Below are positions 20,409 to 30,299 of a stretch of 32,000 nt of DNA, piece after piece. The DNA comes from an uncultured Planctomycetaceae bacterium (lineage in GTDB: Bacteria; Planctomycetota; Planctomycetia; Planctomycetales; Planctomycetaceae): assembly GCA_964485095.1 (NCBI GenBank), contig CAZAIB010000056.1:1-32000 (forward strand), read 5' to 3'. How positions within the stretch are numbered: the first letter of the stretch is position 1; each line of letters begins with the position of its first letter. The notes below the pieces were generated by a model, which was not told the origin of the DNA, made no database searches, and saw only the letters and a program-made list of their open reading frames with translations. The position numbers and the translations under genes are program-made.

Positions 20409-21307
20409 AGAACGTTTTCGAGTTCCAGAACGTTGTGAAGAAGTTTCGGTCGCGTGTGGTGCTGGACAACTTCTCGCTGGCGGCCAGGCCGGGTGAGGTG
20501 ATTGCGTTGTTGGGTGAAAACGGAGCCGGCAAGACGACGGCTCTAAGAATACTACTGGGGTTTGAACGTGCTACGTCTGGTTCGACGTCTGTATTCGGGA
20601 TGCGCAGCGAACAGCGAAGTTCTGAAATCCGCCGCCGCATCGGCTACGTCAGCGACGAGCCCGCTTTGTACGACTACATGAACGTGGCAGAGATCGGTTG
20701 GTTCTGCAGCGGATTCTACGAACCGGGTTTCGTAGAGAGGTATCAGGATCAATTGAAGACATTTTCGGTTCCGCTGGATCAACGCATCAAGGCTCTTTCA
20801 AGAGGCCAACGCGCGAAGGTATCGCTGGCCTTGGCGATGGCACACGAACCTGAACTGCTGGTAATGGACGAACCGACTTCTGGTCTGGACCCGGTGGTTC
20901 GTCGGCAGTTCCTGGAAAGCATGGTCGATGTTGCCGCGAGTGGGCGAACAGTTCTACTGGCCAGTCATCAGGTCGCTGAAGTCGAACGTGTTTCAGATCG
21001 TGTGGCCATTGTCCGCGATGGCAGGCTGGAGGTCTGTGAGTCGGTGGAGGACCTCAAGAACGAAGTCCGGGAGCTGAAAGTGACCTGGGCCAACGGTTCG
21101 AATCGGCTGCCGTTAATGTCGGCGTTGAACTTGCTCTCACGCCGTGACTCACAACGACAGAGTAGCCTGCTAATTCGCGGACTCGATGATTCACTAACCG
21201 GCCTGCTGACAGCGGCTCCGGAAGTGGCATCGATTGATGTTCACCGGCCATCGCTGGAAGAGATTTACGTGGCCTGCGTTTCAGGCGAGTCAGGAGACAA
21301 CGCATGA
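20405..21307 (+). CDS. ABC transporter ATP-binding protein
   Basis: Walker A GENGAGKTT, signature LSRGQRAKVSLA, Walker B LLVMDEPTSGLD and H-loop LLASHQ. ATGA overlaps at both ends. Confidence 0.95.
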   Translation: MKNVFEFQNVVKKFRSRVVLDNFSLAARPGEVIALLGENGAGKTTALRILLGFERATSGSTSVFGMRSEQRSSEIRRRIGYVSDEPALYDYMNVAEIGWFCSGFYEPGFVERYQDQLKTFSVPLDQRIKALSRGQRAKVSLALAMAHEPELLVMDEPTSGLDPVVRRQFLESMVDVAASGRTVLLASHQVAEVERVSDRVAIVRDGRLEVCESVEDLKNEVRELKVTWANGSNRLPLMSALNLLSRRDSQRQSSLLIRGLDDSLTGLLTAAPEVASIDVHRPSLEEIYVACVSGESGDNA

Positions 21308-24093
21308 GCGTCGCTGCCCCGACCCCAACGATTTCCAGATCGCCAAGCGGTTTCTTATCGCGTTCGACCGGTCGCCTTGTCTGGCAGCAGTTCCGCACAA
21401 CGTGGTTACTGTGGCTAATCATCACGTTGGTCACGTGCGCGGCGTCGTGGCTTACTTTGTTTACGTTCCCTGACGTAGGGCCAACCCTCAAGACCTTGCT
21501 GGGAACGGGGCCGGTTATATTCGCGTTGGTCGCTCCAGCGATCGCGTTCAGCCAGGAATATGAAGCTGGCACACGCAGCCGCATGCTAATGTTGCCGGCC
21601 AGTTGGGTTCAGTTCTTCACTGTTAACCTGGTCTGCATCACCGTGCAGACTGCCGTGCTGTTTATTGTCGCGTGGTCCAACCGAATTCTGCTTCTGACGT
21701 TCGCCGAGATTGAACTGACGAATTGCTTTCTCATTGAATCAGGTGCGACACATGGTCCGGTGATTTTGTTGGCGATGATGGTGGGAGTGCTGGCCGCGTT
21801 GCTAAGCCGTCGAACCATTCTCGCCGTTGCTGCTGGCGGAACAGTTTTGGTGCTCACGATGACCATCAGTGCGACGAACGATCTGGTAACGGGTCCCAAT
21901 TTTGCAGCCGCCGCAGTGGTGGCGACGGCAGTATTGCTGTGTGCGAACGCGTTTCTGGCACGAAGATGGTTTCATGGCGGGCCGCATGTTTCGCTTGCAT
22001 GGGAACCGGCGACTCGCAGCATCAATTGCCCAAACGCATTGCTTGGTTTGGAGTCTGGTCGCCTGCAAACACAAGCACAACGTGACTGGCAAGCGTTGGT
22101 GTGGAAAGCAACGGCTCCGAAATGGCTTTGGCTGCTGGCTGTTCTTGCTCTGGGAATCGCGATGCCCTGGACACCGCTATTCATTGCTTTACCGCTGGTA
22201 ACCTCGGCTTTCGGATTCTTTGCATTCAATGGCGAACAATTTCAGAACCGCATCCGCTTTCTAAGCGAGCGTGGTATTTCGCCAACGCTTGTCTGGCTTA
22301 GCAAGCAACGCATTTGGATCCCGCGAATGATGGTGGCTATCGCAGTCTGGCCAGCAACAGAGTGGCTGCTGGGCCGCAACCTGACGCCGGGCCCCATGGC
22401 CAGCGCAAGCGTGTTGGTTCTGGCTATCGCGGGCTACGCAGCGGGGCAGTTGTGTTCGATATCCTTCCGCAGATCAATCGTAGCTCTTGGGAGTATCCTG
22501 TTGGCCTTTGTGGCGATTGGGGCGTGGGGGCTCTTCGTGGCAGGCTTCGGGGTTCCGATGTGGGTGGCGATCCTGCCGCTGGCAATTGGAATGTCTGCCG
22601 CTTCCTGGGCTTACTGCCGTCACTGGGTCGAAGCTACGTCGGGCCTGGCAGGCCGAACTACAGTGCTTGCAGTTCTGGCGACCTCGATACTCGGGTCTTA
22701 CATTGCAGTGGCGGCATACCGCGTGTATGAAATTCCGGCGAACCATGTCGCCTACACAGACTTCAGCAACGGTGCTGACCTGGCCCCGACTCCACTTAGG
22801 GAACTCTCAACCGAAAATGCTGCGAACAACACAGCTAAGTTCAACTCCATCGCCAGTCGGTTGGAAGACCGAAGGCATCACATCTTTTCGCGGCTGATAT
22901 TCCATCGCATAGACCAGATGCCTATTGAATGGGATGGCGTCGACCCCCAGATGAAGGCCTGGACGAAGAGGCACGATCGCCACATTGATGCCATCGTCTC
23001 AATCATCAACCAGGGAGAGTTGTACTTCTCGTCAAAAGCTCCGCCATCGTTTCATCCCTATTCCCCCATAGGACGCAATCGACTTCGGCGACAGTTCGGG
23101 CTGCACTACTTGCCACTCCTTTTGCTGGAGCACGAAGGCTCAAGACGACAAGCAGCAGGCGATTATGCAGGCGCTGAGAAGATGTACGCTGCAGCAATCA
23201 GGGGATATTGGTTGACGGTCGATTCAGACAATCCCGGGCGCGATGTTCAAACAGCGTATGCAGCGGCTGGCCATATTTTTCGGCGAATGGGCGCGCTGGG
23301 TTGCGAAATGGAGTCGTTGGAAGAACCGGTGAGCAGCATTCTCCAACGCATCCGCGATTTGTTCGAGCAGCGCCCTGCATTGGCTGACGTACACCGGAGG
23401 GCTAGTGAGTTGGAGTTGCGGAGTTATGAAATCGCCACATCCGCGGAGCGGCAAGCTGTAATTTGGCAGGAGAATGCTCCCCGTAGTCGGAAGACCGTTC
23501 TGTCTTCGATTACGCGACACCAAGGGGCGGCGCCGCGTGATTGGTTCACGTTTGGGTTGCGCCAGCAGCGCATTGCGAATCTGATAAGTCGTTCGCGGGC
23601 TGCTACGTTGCAGAGAGCTTCTAAAGTTCGAGCCTCTTTCGGAACGCACCTGACTATAGCCGAAGTCACCTGGAACCTTATGCTCGCTGAGCACGGACCA
23701 GACTACATGCCCCTGCAGGCCATGTTCGACAACAACCCAGCGCGATGGCTGTATGCTGAAACAGACCTGGAAGCTGATGTGGCGGGGGCCTGTCAGCTCA
23801 TTGACTTCGGGCGAGCCATTCGCGCGGCAACGGATAAGCGCGCGGCTGCGATAGAATTCGTTGCGGAACGCATTGATCCATGGCAACGGAATCGACGGGA
23901 GGGAACACTGCAATGGCAGCCGAATAACCTACTGATTGCTAGCGAATGGGAGAATGTTGAACACCGTCCCATGTTTACCAGCGTAGGCGGGCCGCCCGAT
24001 CTTCGGGAAATGCCCCAAGGCGAAGGTAGCGGTGGACTGCGGGTCTACCCGGTTCCGGAATCGGTCTTGAACACGTTGCAGGATTCGAAGTGA
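21304..24093 (+). CDS. Large polytopic membrane protein: duplicated ABC-2-type permease-like halves plus an unassigned ~450-aa C-terminal domain
   Basis: About 12 predicted TM helices in aa 30-475. Two ABC-2-like cytoplasmic-loop motifs (FSQEYEAGTRSRMLMLPAS and FNGEQFQNRIRFLSERGISP). The C-terminal region from about 22725 is hydrophilic, helix-rich and has no motif I recognise. It is coupled to the ATPase gene by an ATGA overlap. Confidence 0.75.
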   Translation: MSVAAPTPTISRSPSGFLSRSTGRLVWQQFRTTWLLWLIITLVTCAASWLTLFTFPDVGPTLKTLLGTGPVIFALVAPAIAFSQEYEAGTRSRMLMLPASWVQFFTVNLVCITVQTAVLFIVAWSNRILLLTFAEIELTNCFLIESGATHGPVILLAMMVGVLAALLSRRTILAVAAGGTVLVLTMTISATNDLVTGPNFAAAAVVATAVLLCANAFLARRWFHGGPHVSLAWEPATRSINCPNALLGLESGRLQTQAQRDWQALVWKATAPKWLWLLAVLALGIAMPWTPLFIALPLVTSAFGFFAFNGEQFQNRIRFLSERGISPTLVWLSKQRIWIPRMMVAIAVWPATEWLLGRNLTPGPMASASVLVLAIAGYAAGQLCSISFRRSIVALGSILLAFVAIGAWGLFVAGFGVPMWVAILPLAIGMSAASWAYCRHWVEATSGLAGRTTVLAVLATSILGSYIAVAAYRVYEIPANHVAYTDFSNGADLAPTPLRELSTENAANNTAKFNSIASRLEDRRHHIFSRLIFHRIDQMPIEWDGVDPQMKAWTKRHDRHIDAIVSIINQGELYFSSKAPPSFHPYSPIGRNRLRRQFGLHYLPLLLLEHEGSRRQAAGDYAGAEKMYAAAIRGYWLTVDSDNPGRDVQTAYAAAGHIFRRMGALGCEMESLEEPVSSILQRIRDLFEQRPALADVHRRASELELRSYEIATSAERQAVIWQENAPRSRKTVLSSITRHQGAAPRDWFTFGLRQQRIANLISRSRAATLQRASKVRASFGTHLTIAEVTWNLMLAEHGPDYMPLQAMFDNNPARWLYAETDLEADVAGACQLIDFGRAIRAATDKRAAAIEFVAERIDPWQRNRREGTLQWQPNNLLIASEWENVEHRPMFTSVGGPPDLREMPQGEGSGGLRVYPVPESVLNTLQDSK

Positions 24094-24114
24094 CTCAGCG
24101 ACTGCAGCTGTTGT

Positions 24115-24582
24115 TTACGGCAGGAACTGATTCGGCCAGTAGATGCTGGGAGCGGGAATTCCGGCATTCACCAGTGAGCCGCGCAGTTGTTCTTCCGCCG
24201 AGGCCCTCGCGCTTTCGCGACGCAGGACTTTGACTCGAACACCTGTGTCGTCGCCTTGTGCGACTTTGGCCAGAGATACAACCTGATCAACCGATGCTGC
24301 TCGGTATTCTTCTTTGCCATCGCGTTTTGTTAGCACGGCATATTCATGCCCGTCAATCAGAACGGTAACAACGTTGTCTTCCAGGCCAGTCTTTGTGAGA
24401 TCATCGGGAGCCTCAATTGGGCCGCCGCCAGTTTCAGCCGCAGCTGCGCCGGCATTCCCCTGAGCTCCGTCGCCACCACCGAATCCGGGGATCCCTGAGT
24501 ACATCCCGATAAGGAATGCAACAACCACGGCCGCACCAACGCCTTTCACCGCCGCGTTGCTGCTTTTCTTTTTCTTTGCCAT
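24115..24582 (-). CDS. Membrane-anchored ExbD/TolR-like protein (second paralogue, no TM aspartate)
   Basis: MAKKKKSS + TM (GVGAAVVVAFLIGMYSG) + Gly/Ala-rich linker + C-terminal domain VVTVLIDGHEYAVL...VRVKVLRRESARASAEEQLRGSLVNAGI, which resembles the ExbD periplasmic fold pattern. GGAG lies 8 nt upstream of the ATG. Confidence 0.55.
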   Translation of the reverse strand: MAKKKKSSNAAVKGVGAAVVVAFLIGMYSGIPGFGGGDGAQGNAGAAAAETGGGPIEAPDDLTKTGLEDNVVTVLIDGHEYAVLTKRDGKEEYRAASVDQVVSLAKVAQGDDTGVRVKVLRRESARASAEEQLRGSLVNAGIPAPSIYWPNQFLP

Positions 24583-24615
24583 GTCTGGTCTCCGGTATGT
24601 GACCCGCTGGAATTC

Positions 24616-25419
24616 TTACTTGTTTCCCGCCCGTAGAGAAGGCCCTTCCGGGCTGAAACCCAAAACTGCGAACTCAAACCAATTTCGGCCGCCGCTATCT
24701 TTCCGCATTCGAGCGAGTGCTGCCGGTAGAGCATCCTGAGAACGCTGTCTGATGCCCGCACTGGCGTCGCCATAACTGAACATCAGGATCACAAGCGTTT
24801 TGGGTTCCGGGAACGACTTGTACGCGTCAAACAGTCCGTCTTCGATTTCGCTTTGCGTCTTCGCTCGGAACTTCTTCACGAACTCACCGTTGTCCAGTTC
24901 GATCGTTCCATCTTCTGTGACGTAGATTTCCCAGACGTCACACCGCTTCTTCATCTCGCCGTAGCTAATCAGCGTCTTTAAGAGTTCACGCCCGTTCTTT
25001 TGCTGCAGCCCCTTAAGCGTCCGGCGAATATTGGCTGATTGTTCTGGCGTGTACGCCTTCTGCCCCGCCTTGATTCCCAGCAATTCGTTGACCGTCTCTT
25101 CTGGTATGTCGAACATCTCAGACAGTATTTCGCCAGACTGGTTCTGCTGCTCCAGAATGCTCTTGAACGCCTGATCGTAGTACTCGCGTTTGCTTTCAAC
25201 GTCGCGCATCCTGAGATCGTGCGCGGCGTCCATTTTGTTGCGAAGTTCTTCTGCCTGGGCCAGCAGGGTTTGTCGCATCTCAGCGGCTCGCGTCTCCAAC
25301 GCGGCTTCTGATTTGTTCGAGGTCTGCTGAACCTCAATGAACTGCGCGAAGATGACGATGAGCAGGAGGTCCAGCAGCGGTGTTAACTGGAAGGTCATCT
25401 TGCGTGGCAGCAGAGTCAC
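24616..25419 (-). CDS. ExbD/TolR-like protein with long helical/coiled-coil insertion
   Basis: The N-terminus FQLTPLLDLLLIVIFAQF matches the ExbD/TolR TM with its conserved Asp. About 130 aa of charged heptad-like helix follow (aa ~31-159). The C-terminal block is VWEIYVTEDGTIELDNGEF...TLVILMFSYGDAS...ALARM. GTG at 25419 overlaps the upstream stop (GTGA). An alternative ATG is at 25398. Confidence 0.65.
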   Translation of the reverse strand: MTLLPRKMTFQLTPLLDLLLIVIFAQFIEVQQTSNKSEAALETRAAEMRQTLLAQAEELRNKMDAAHDLRMRDVESKREYYDQAFKSILEQQNQSGEILSEMFDIPEETVNELLGIKAGQKAYTPEQSANIRRTLKGLQQKNGRELLKTLISYGEMKKRCDVWEIYVTEDGTIELDNGEFVKKFRAKTQSEIEDGLFDAYKSFPEPKTLVILMFSYGDASAGIRQRSQDALPAALARMRKDSGGRNWFEFAVLGFSPEGPSLRAGNK

Positions 25420-26087
25420 GAGTCTTCTCCTGGAGACGTGACTTGCAGTGACAGTTCCCGCTTGGCTCGGGCGACCATCTCACGAACGTGATCTCGGTTT
25501 GAGTTCAGTCGGAAGAAACCTGTCTCCAGCATGCTGTTAATAAACATCAGCAGAATCGCGGCCGTCAGTCCGGCAAATGTCGACCAGATCGCGTCGCCGA
25601 AGCTACCAACGATGCCAGCCAGTGTTGCCGATGCTTCGGCGGCCTTGTCAGCCTGCAAAGCAGAACCAATGGCCAGAATCGTGCCCAGAACACCCGCCAG
25701 TGGGTAGGCTTCAATCATGGTTCGACAAATGTTGTACGAAGTCGAGAACGACATCGAATCCAGATACCCGCGGCGTTCGTCCAGGATGTTCATCCTTAGC
25801 AAACACTCGTGCCGGTCTGCTCCTCGAGTTTCGTCTGCCAGCACGTCGTTAACGTCGGCGATGAATGCTTCAATCTGATCTGAGTAGTGGCCGCCTTTGC
25901 TAAGCACACTGCGATGTTTCAATCCGCGGGTAAATTCATCCAGCGAACCGACAATCCGCCGCAGGTCGCGCCCCGACCACACCCATAAAACAAAAAACGC
26001 AAACAGGTGCGCGGCGCAGGCTCCTACGATGATGACCGTCGACATGCCGGACAACCGCTCAAGCAGCTCCGGCGAAATCTCAGGCAT
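25416..26087 (-). CDS. MotA/TolQ/ExbB-family proton-channel protein
   Basis: Three TM helices. Family signature AYPLAGVLGTILAIGSAL...LAGIVGSFGDAIWSTFAGLTAAILLMFINSMLE. The track start 26174 is TTG and would include a hairpin at 26178..26194, so ATG at 26087 is preferred. Confidence 0.85.
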   Translation of the reverse strand: MPEISPELLERLSGMSTVIIVGACAAHLFAFFVLWVWSGRDLRRIVGSLDEFTRGLKHRSVLSKGGHYSDQIEAFIADVNDVLADETRGADRHECLLRMNILDERRGYLDSMSFSTSYNICRTMIEAYPLAGVLGTILAIGSALQADKAAEASATLAGIVGSFGDAIWSTFAGLTAAILLMFINSMLETGFFRLNSNRDHVREMVARAKRELSLQVTSPGEDS

Positions 26088-26244
26088 CTGTATCTGCAAC
26101 ACTGGTCCGAACTCCTCGCGCCCACGGGACAAATTCCGGGAACGCCGAAACCGGCCACGGCAGGCGATCACCAATCAGGAAAGAGCCTCTTTCCCACGGA
26201 ATTAGGGTAGTGCATACCCTCCGAACTCGTCCAGATGCGTCTTT

Positions 26245-29160
26245 TTAAGCTGATTCGAGGCTGGATTGTTGGGGCACTCCCAGAGGGCCATGTAGGCCGA
26301 CTTCCACTGACCGCAGCAGAGTCTGTGCGCGGAAGGGCTTCGTGATGACATCGACCAGGCTGTGGGTTGAGAGCATCGAGAGATCCGAATCCATCAGGTG
26401 CCCCGTGCACAGAAGAACCGGAAGATTCGGGTAGCTATCGGAAACTCTCAGAAGTGTCTCGCGTCCTGACAGTACGGGCATTGTCAGATCCAGTACCAGC
26501 ATGTCGGTGTGATTGTTCTGGCTGAGGATCTCAAGAACTTCCAAACCATTTGCCGCTGTGGAAACTGTGTACCCCGCCCGCGTCAACATTCGGGCCGCGG
26601 CGTCTCTGACGATTTCTTCGTCGTCCGCAATGAGAATGTGCTTGTTCGCTGTCGAAGCGCTACCACGTGCGTCGATTGGGCTTGGTACTTCGGGCGTAGT
26701 GGCGCTGGCTGTCACATGTTCTGATCGTGGCAGGATAATGTCAAAGCGACTGCCGAATCCGACTTTGCTTTCGACATCAATCCGACCGTTGTGCTGGTTC
26801 ACAATCCCATAAGACATTGCGAGCCCAAGTCCGGTTCCCTTATCGATATCCTTGGTCGTGAAGAACGGCTCAAAGATTTTCGCCGTGACTGTTTCAGGCA
26901 TACCCGCACCGTAATCGATTACTGAGAGTCGAACACAATCACCCAACGCCTCATCGACAATGTTCTCTGTGCTAACTGTGATTGTGTCCTTCTCATCGAT
27001 CAATGCATCCGACGCATTGAGGCACAGATTTAGCAGCACCTGTTCCAGCCGAACTTCGTCAACGTCTACCAGCCAAGCGCTTTCGTCGTCAACGAGATCG
27101 AACTTCAGCTGCTCAGACAGTTTCTGCGAGGCAAGTTCGCTGACACTCAGAACAATGCTGTTGGGATTCATTGGAACCAGGCGAACCGGGTTTTGGCGTG
27201 AAAAACTTAGCAGGCGTTCGACAAGCCTGGTCGCTCGATCGGTCGCTTTCTCTGCGGCAGTCAACGACGGCCCCTGGTCATCCGCATCTCCGCCCCGAAT
27301 CAGCTCAAGGTTTCCCGAGATGCCCATCAGCAAATTGTTGAAGTCATGGGCAATGCCACCAGCCAGGCGACCGACGGCTTCCATTTTCTGCGACTGAGCC
27401 AACTTGGCTTCAAGCTGACTGCGTTCGCTGACATCTTCGAACGCCCACAGTCGGCCGGCCACTTGCTGTTTATCATCACCGCTGAAGATGGGAGAACTGT
27501 AGGCGGTGTAAGACCCTTCATCGCGAGTCTTGAACGTCGAGCCGTAGGTTTCCTGTGAGGACGCTGGGAACTTGTTCCACACAGTCAGGAATTCATCCGG
27601 CTCCGCAAGCTTCCGCGCCAGATGGTTCACAAGTTCCGGTCCTTGCGCGATTCTGGAATCCAGATCGAACAGTCGCGCCATGCGGTCGTTCCAACTTAGA
27701 ACGGTTCCGGAACTATCCAGAATCAGGAGTCCTTCCTGAACGGCATCAAATGCGGACGACAGTTGAGCCGTCATGTCCGTCAACGCGCGGGTTTTCTTAC
27801 GAACCTGAGATCGGAGGAGCCAGATCATCCCCGCACCCAGCAGCAGGCAAAGAATCACAGAACCTGCCACCAGCCGAACCCGGGTCTCGTCAAACGTCAC
27901 CCACGCGTCGGACACAGTGACCGCGTTAACTCCACGGCCGTATATCACGAACGCCTCTTCGGGAGTGCCGGGGTGCAGCAACGCTCCCTGCACCTTTACT
28001 CGCCTGGCTCGCTCGAGATCGATCGAATCGAATTCCGCATCGTCTAATCTAATCCGAGCCGTAAAGTTGATTCCATCATCCGTAAGATTTAGCGATCTCA
28101 TTTGGCCGCGGGACGAAAGACTGGTCAGCTCACCAGACATGCTCACCCGCGTCAGTGGCAAGTCGGATGCAATAATGTGTTTGGCTGAGGTGTGGGTCGG
28201 AGGAACCGGCACTGACGCCATCTGCTTTCGAAGACTCGTTGCGACAATAGTCGGCTGGCCGTCTGAGAAACTAAGGACGCCAACAAGCTGAACAACATCT
28301 CCAACATCCAGTGAATGAAGACTGGAAGATCTCACCAGGACTCCACCACCATCATGAGACTCAAGCAGTAGTAGTCCGCGATTGATCACCTCAGAAACGA
28401 TTCCGAGCGTCTCAACCGTCTGCCCCTGTTCAGACGCGTAATATCCAAGTTCTTTGAGTGCCAGTTGCCGGACTTCGACTGACGTTTGTGGAAGCGGGTC
28501 ACCAACAATGTCTGCGCCCGACATCAACAGGCATATCGGAATACTGCGAACACCATATTCGTCGGCAGTCCAATCCAGACAGCCCGTGATAGTCACGTGA
28601 GAACCAACCATTCGGGACAGTCGATCGGATTGTTGATCGTGAGCAACCCTCACAAGGATGTACTGCACCTGACCTCGGATCGTAAGCACAACACCTTGAT
28701 CGCCCCGGACAAACTGCTCAACGGTCCCGGAAAGAGTCACGCGGTCTGACCAGTTGGATTTGGGCCCGAGACTGTCAATATCCAGGCTGATCGCTTTGGC
28801 CGGTGGTCCGTGTTCTACGACGGTGACGGAATCCGCAACCAGACAGTCCCGGCTGCCGTCGAACAGGCCCTTGATTCGTACACGATCGCCTAAGGCAAAA
28901 TCGCTGGGGCGTGGCTTCATTCGACTCACATCGACGTAGCAGCCCAGCGATCCTTCTTGCACGAATAATGCCGCGTTCGCCACATCTGAAAAGTTGATGA
29001 TGGTCGTGAAATCGACTGGCTTGTCGCGGCCCCACAACCCCATGTACGAGTGGAGTTCGTCGAACGACGTGAGGCGGTCTTTCTCCTGGCCAATCGCCAT
29101 CGTCGCAGTTGATACAAGGATCGTTCCGACAATGAGAACAAATTGAGAAAGACTGCGCAT
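26245..29160 (-). CDS. Hybrid sensor histidine kinase/response regulator with large periplasmic sensor region
   Basis: Signal/TM1, a periplasmic region of about 410 aa, TM2 ([20 protein letters not shown]) and a PAS-like segment. H-box [12 protein letters not shown]-box [12 protein letters not shown]-boxes DYGAGM and [10 protein letters not shown]-terminal receiver ([28 protein letters not shown]). Confidence 0.95.
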   Translation of the reverse strand: MRSLSQFVLIVGTILVSTATMAIGQEKDRLTSFDELHSYMGLWGRDKPVDFTTIINFSDVANAALFVQEGSLGCYVDVSRMKPRPSDFALGDRVRIKGLFDGSRDCLVADSVTVVEHGPPAKAISLDIDSLGPKSNWSDRVTLSGTVEQFVRGDQGVVLTIRGQVQYILVRVAHDQQSDRLSRMVGSHVTITGCLDWTADEYGVRSIPICLLMSGADIVGDPLPQTSVEVRQLALKELGYYASEQGQTVETLGIVSEVINRGLLLLESHDGGGVLVRSSSLHSLDVGDVVQLVGVLSFSDGQPTIVATSLRKQMASVPVPPTHTSAKHIIASDLPLTRVSMSGELTSLSSRGQMRSLNLTDDGINFTARIRLDDAEFDSIDLERARRVKVQGALLHPGTPEEAFVIYGRGVNAVTVSDAWVTFDETRVRLVAGSVILCLLLGAGMIWLLRSQVRKKTRALTDMTAQLSSAFDAVQEGLLILDSSGTVLSWNDRMARLFDLDSRIAQGPELVNHLARKLAEPDEFLTVWNKFPASSQETYGSTFKTRDEGSYTAYSSPIFSGDDKQQVAGRLWAFEDVSERSQLEAKLAQSQKMEAVGRLAGGIAHDFNNLLMGISGNLELIRGGDADDQGPSLTAAEKATDRATRLVERLLSFSRQNPVRLVPMNPNSIVLSVSELASQKLSEQLKFDLVDDESAWLVDVDEVRLEQVLLNLCLNASDALIDEKDTITVSTENIVDEALGDCVRLSVIDYGAGMPETVTAKIFEPFFTTKDIDKGTGLGLAMSYGIVNQHNGRIDVESKVGFGSRFDIILPRSEHVTASATTPEVPSPIDARGSASTANKHILIADDEEIVRDAAARMLTRAGYTVSTAANGLEVLEILSQNNHTDMLVLDLTMPVLSGRETLLRVSDSYPNLPVLLCTGHLMDSDLSMLSTHSLVDVITKPFRAQTLLRSVEVGLHGPLGVPQQSSLESA

Positions 29161-29374
29161 TCTGAGACCACTTCATGGGCACTGACGGGAGCCAGTTCAG
29201 ATAAAAGGCTGCTCCCATTCGTTATTCCAGTGTACCCCTGCGGTAACGTCACTCTCAACCAGTTGCCGACGAGTTCAAGGGAATCTCTGGTTTCATGAAT
29301 CCAACCAGATTCTGTTGCGAACCTCATTCCGAGCTCAACTTACTCAGCTTCACAAACCTATTGGATTCCTCGTT

Positions 29375-30271
29375 ATGCGAACTCTTATTGCCGGGCTGCT
29401 GGCTGTTTCGATCTCTGTCGGCGCTCACGCCGGTGAGGCCAACAATCAGCAAAGTGACATTATTGATACAGCCGTCGCCGCTGGTCAGTTCAAAACACTT
29501 GCGACCGCTTTGAAAGCTGGTGGGCTTGTTAAAGCACTCAAGGGCAAGGGACCGTTTACGGTTTTCGCTCCAACTGACGAAGCCTTCAGCAAGGTGCCAA
29601 AGAAGACTCTGGAAATGCTGTTGAAGCCAGAGAACAAGGCCAAGCTGGCTGCGATCCTGAAGTACCACGTCGTTTCAGGGAAAGTGACGGCCAAGAAAGT
29701 CATGACCATGAAGAACGCCACAACCTTGAAGGGTTCAAGCGTGGCGGTTCAGTTCGACAAGAAAAAGAAAACTGTTTCGATTGACGGAGCCAGGGTCGTG
29801 AAGGCGGACATTGTCTGCAGCAACGGCGTGATTCATGTCATCGACAAGGTCATTCTGCCTCGACCAGATCTGGTTGATACAGCCGTAAAAGCCGGTTCCT
29901 TTAAGACTCTCGCCGCCGCGGCGAAGGCAGCCGGACTGTTGAAGGCTCTAAAGGGCGATGGTCCATTCACTGTGTTCGCTCCCACAGACGAAGCGTTCGC
30001 AAAGCTACCAAAAGGGACTGTTGAGAATCTTTTATTGCCAGAAAACAAAGACAAACTGGCAGCGGTACTAAAATATCACGTGGTTGCGGGCAACGTGCTA
30101 GCCGCCGATGTGGTGAAACTGAAGAAAGCGAAGACGCTTCAAGGGTCTGAAGTTAAAGTTCGTGTCGATGACGGCAAGGTCATGATCGATAACGCTCAGG
30201 TACTGAAGGCTGATGTTCTGGCCGGGAATGGTGTTATCCATGTCATCGATAGCGTTATCCTGCCCAAGTAG
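29375..30271 (+). CDS. Secreted fasciclin (FAS1) domain protein, two FAS1 domains
   Basis: Signal peptide [19 protein letters not shown]. Two copies of the FAS1 pattern ([24 protein letters not shown]...KYHVV.G...[13 protein letters not shown]). The track start 29315 is TTG; ATG at 29375 is preferred. Confidence 0.93.
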   Translation: MRTLIAGLLAVSISVGAHAGEANNQQSDIIDTAVAAGQFKTLATALKAGGLVKALKGKGPFTVFAPTDEAFSKVPKKTLEMLLKPENKAKLAAILKYHVVSGKVTAKKVMTMKNATTLKGSSVAVQFDKKKKTVSIDGARVVKADIVCSNGVIHVIDKVILPRPDLVDTAVKAGSFKTLAAAAKAAGLLKALKGDGPFTVFAPTDEAFAKLPKGTVENLLLPENKDKLAAVLKYHVVAGNVLAADVVKLKKAKTLQGSEVKVRVDDGKVMIDNAQVLKADVLAGNGVIHVIDSVILPK

Positions 30272-30299
30272 GTCAAACGCGAAGCCGACTACACTTGAT

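Noticed and set aside
24094-24114. Bidirectional terminator in the 21-nt gap between the convergent 929-aa and 155-aa genes
   Set aside because: Only a trivial CAGCTG palindrome is present. There is no stable stem or T-tract.
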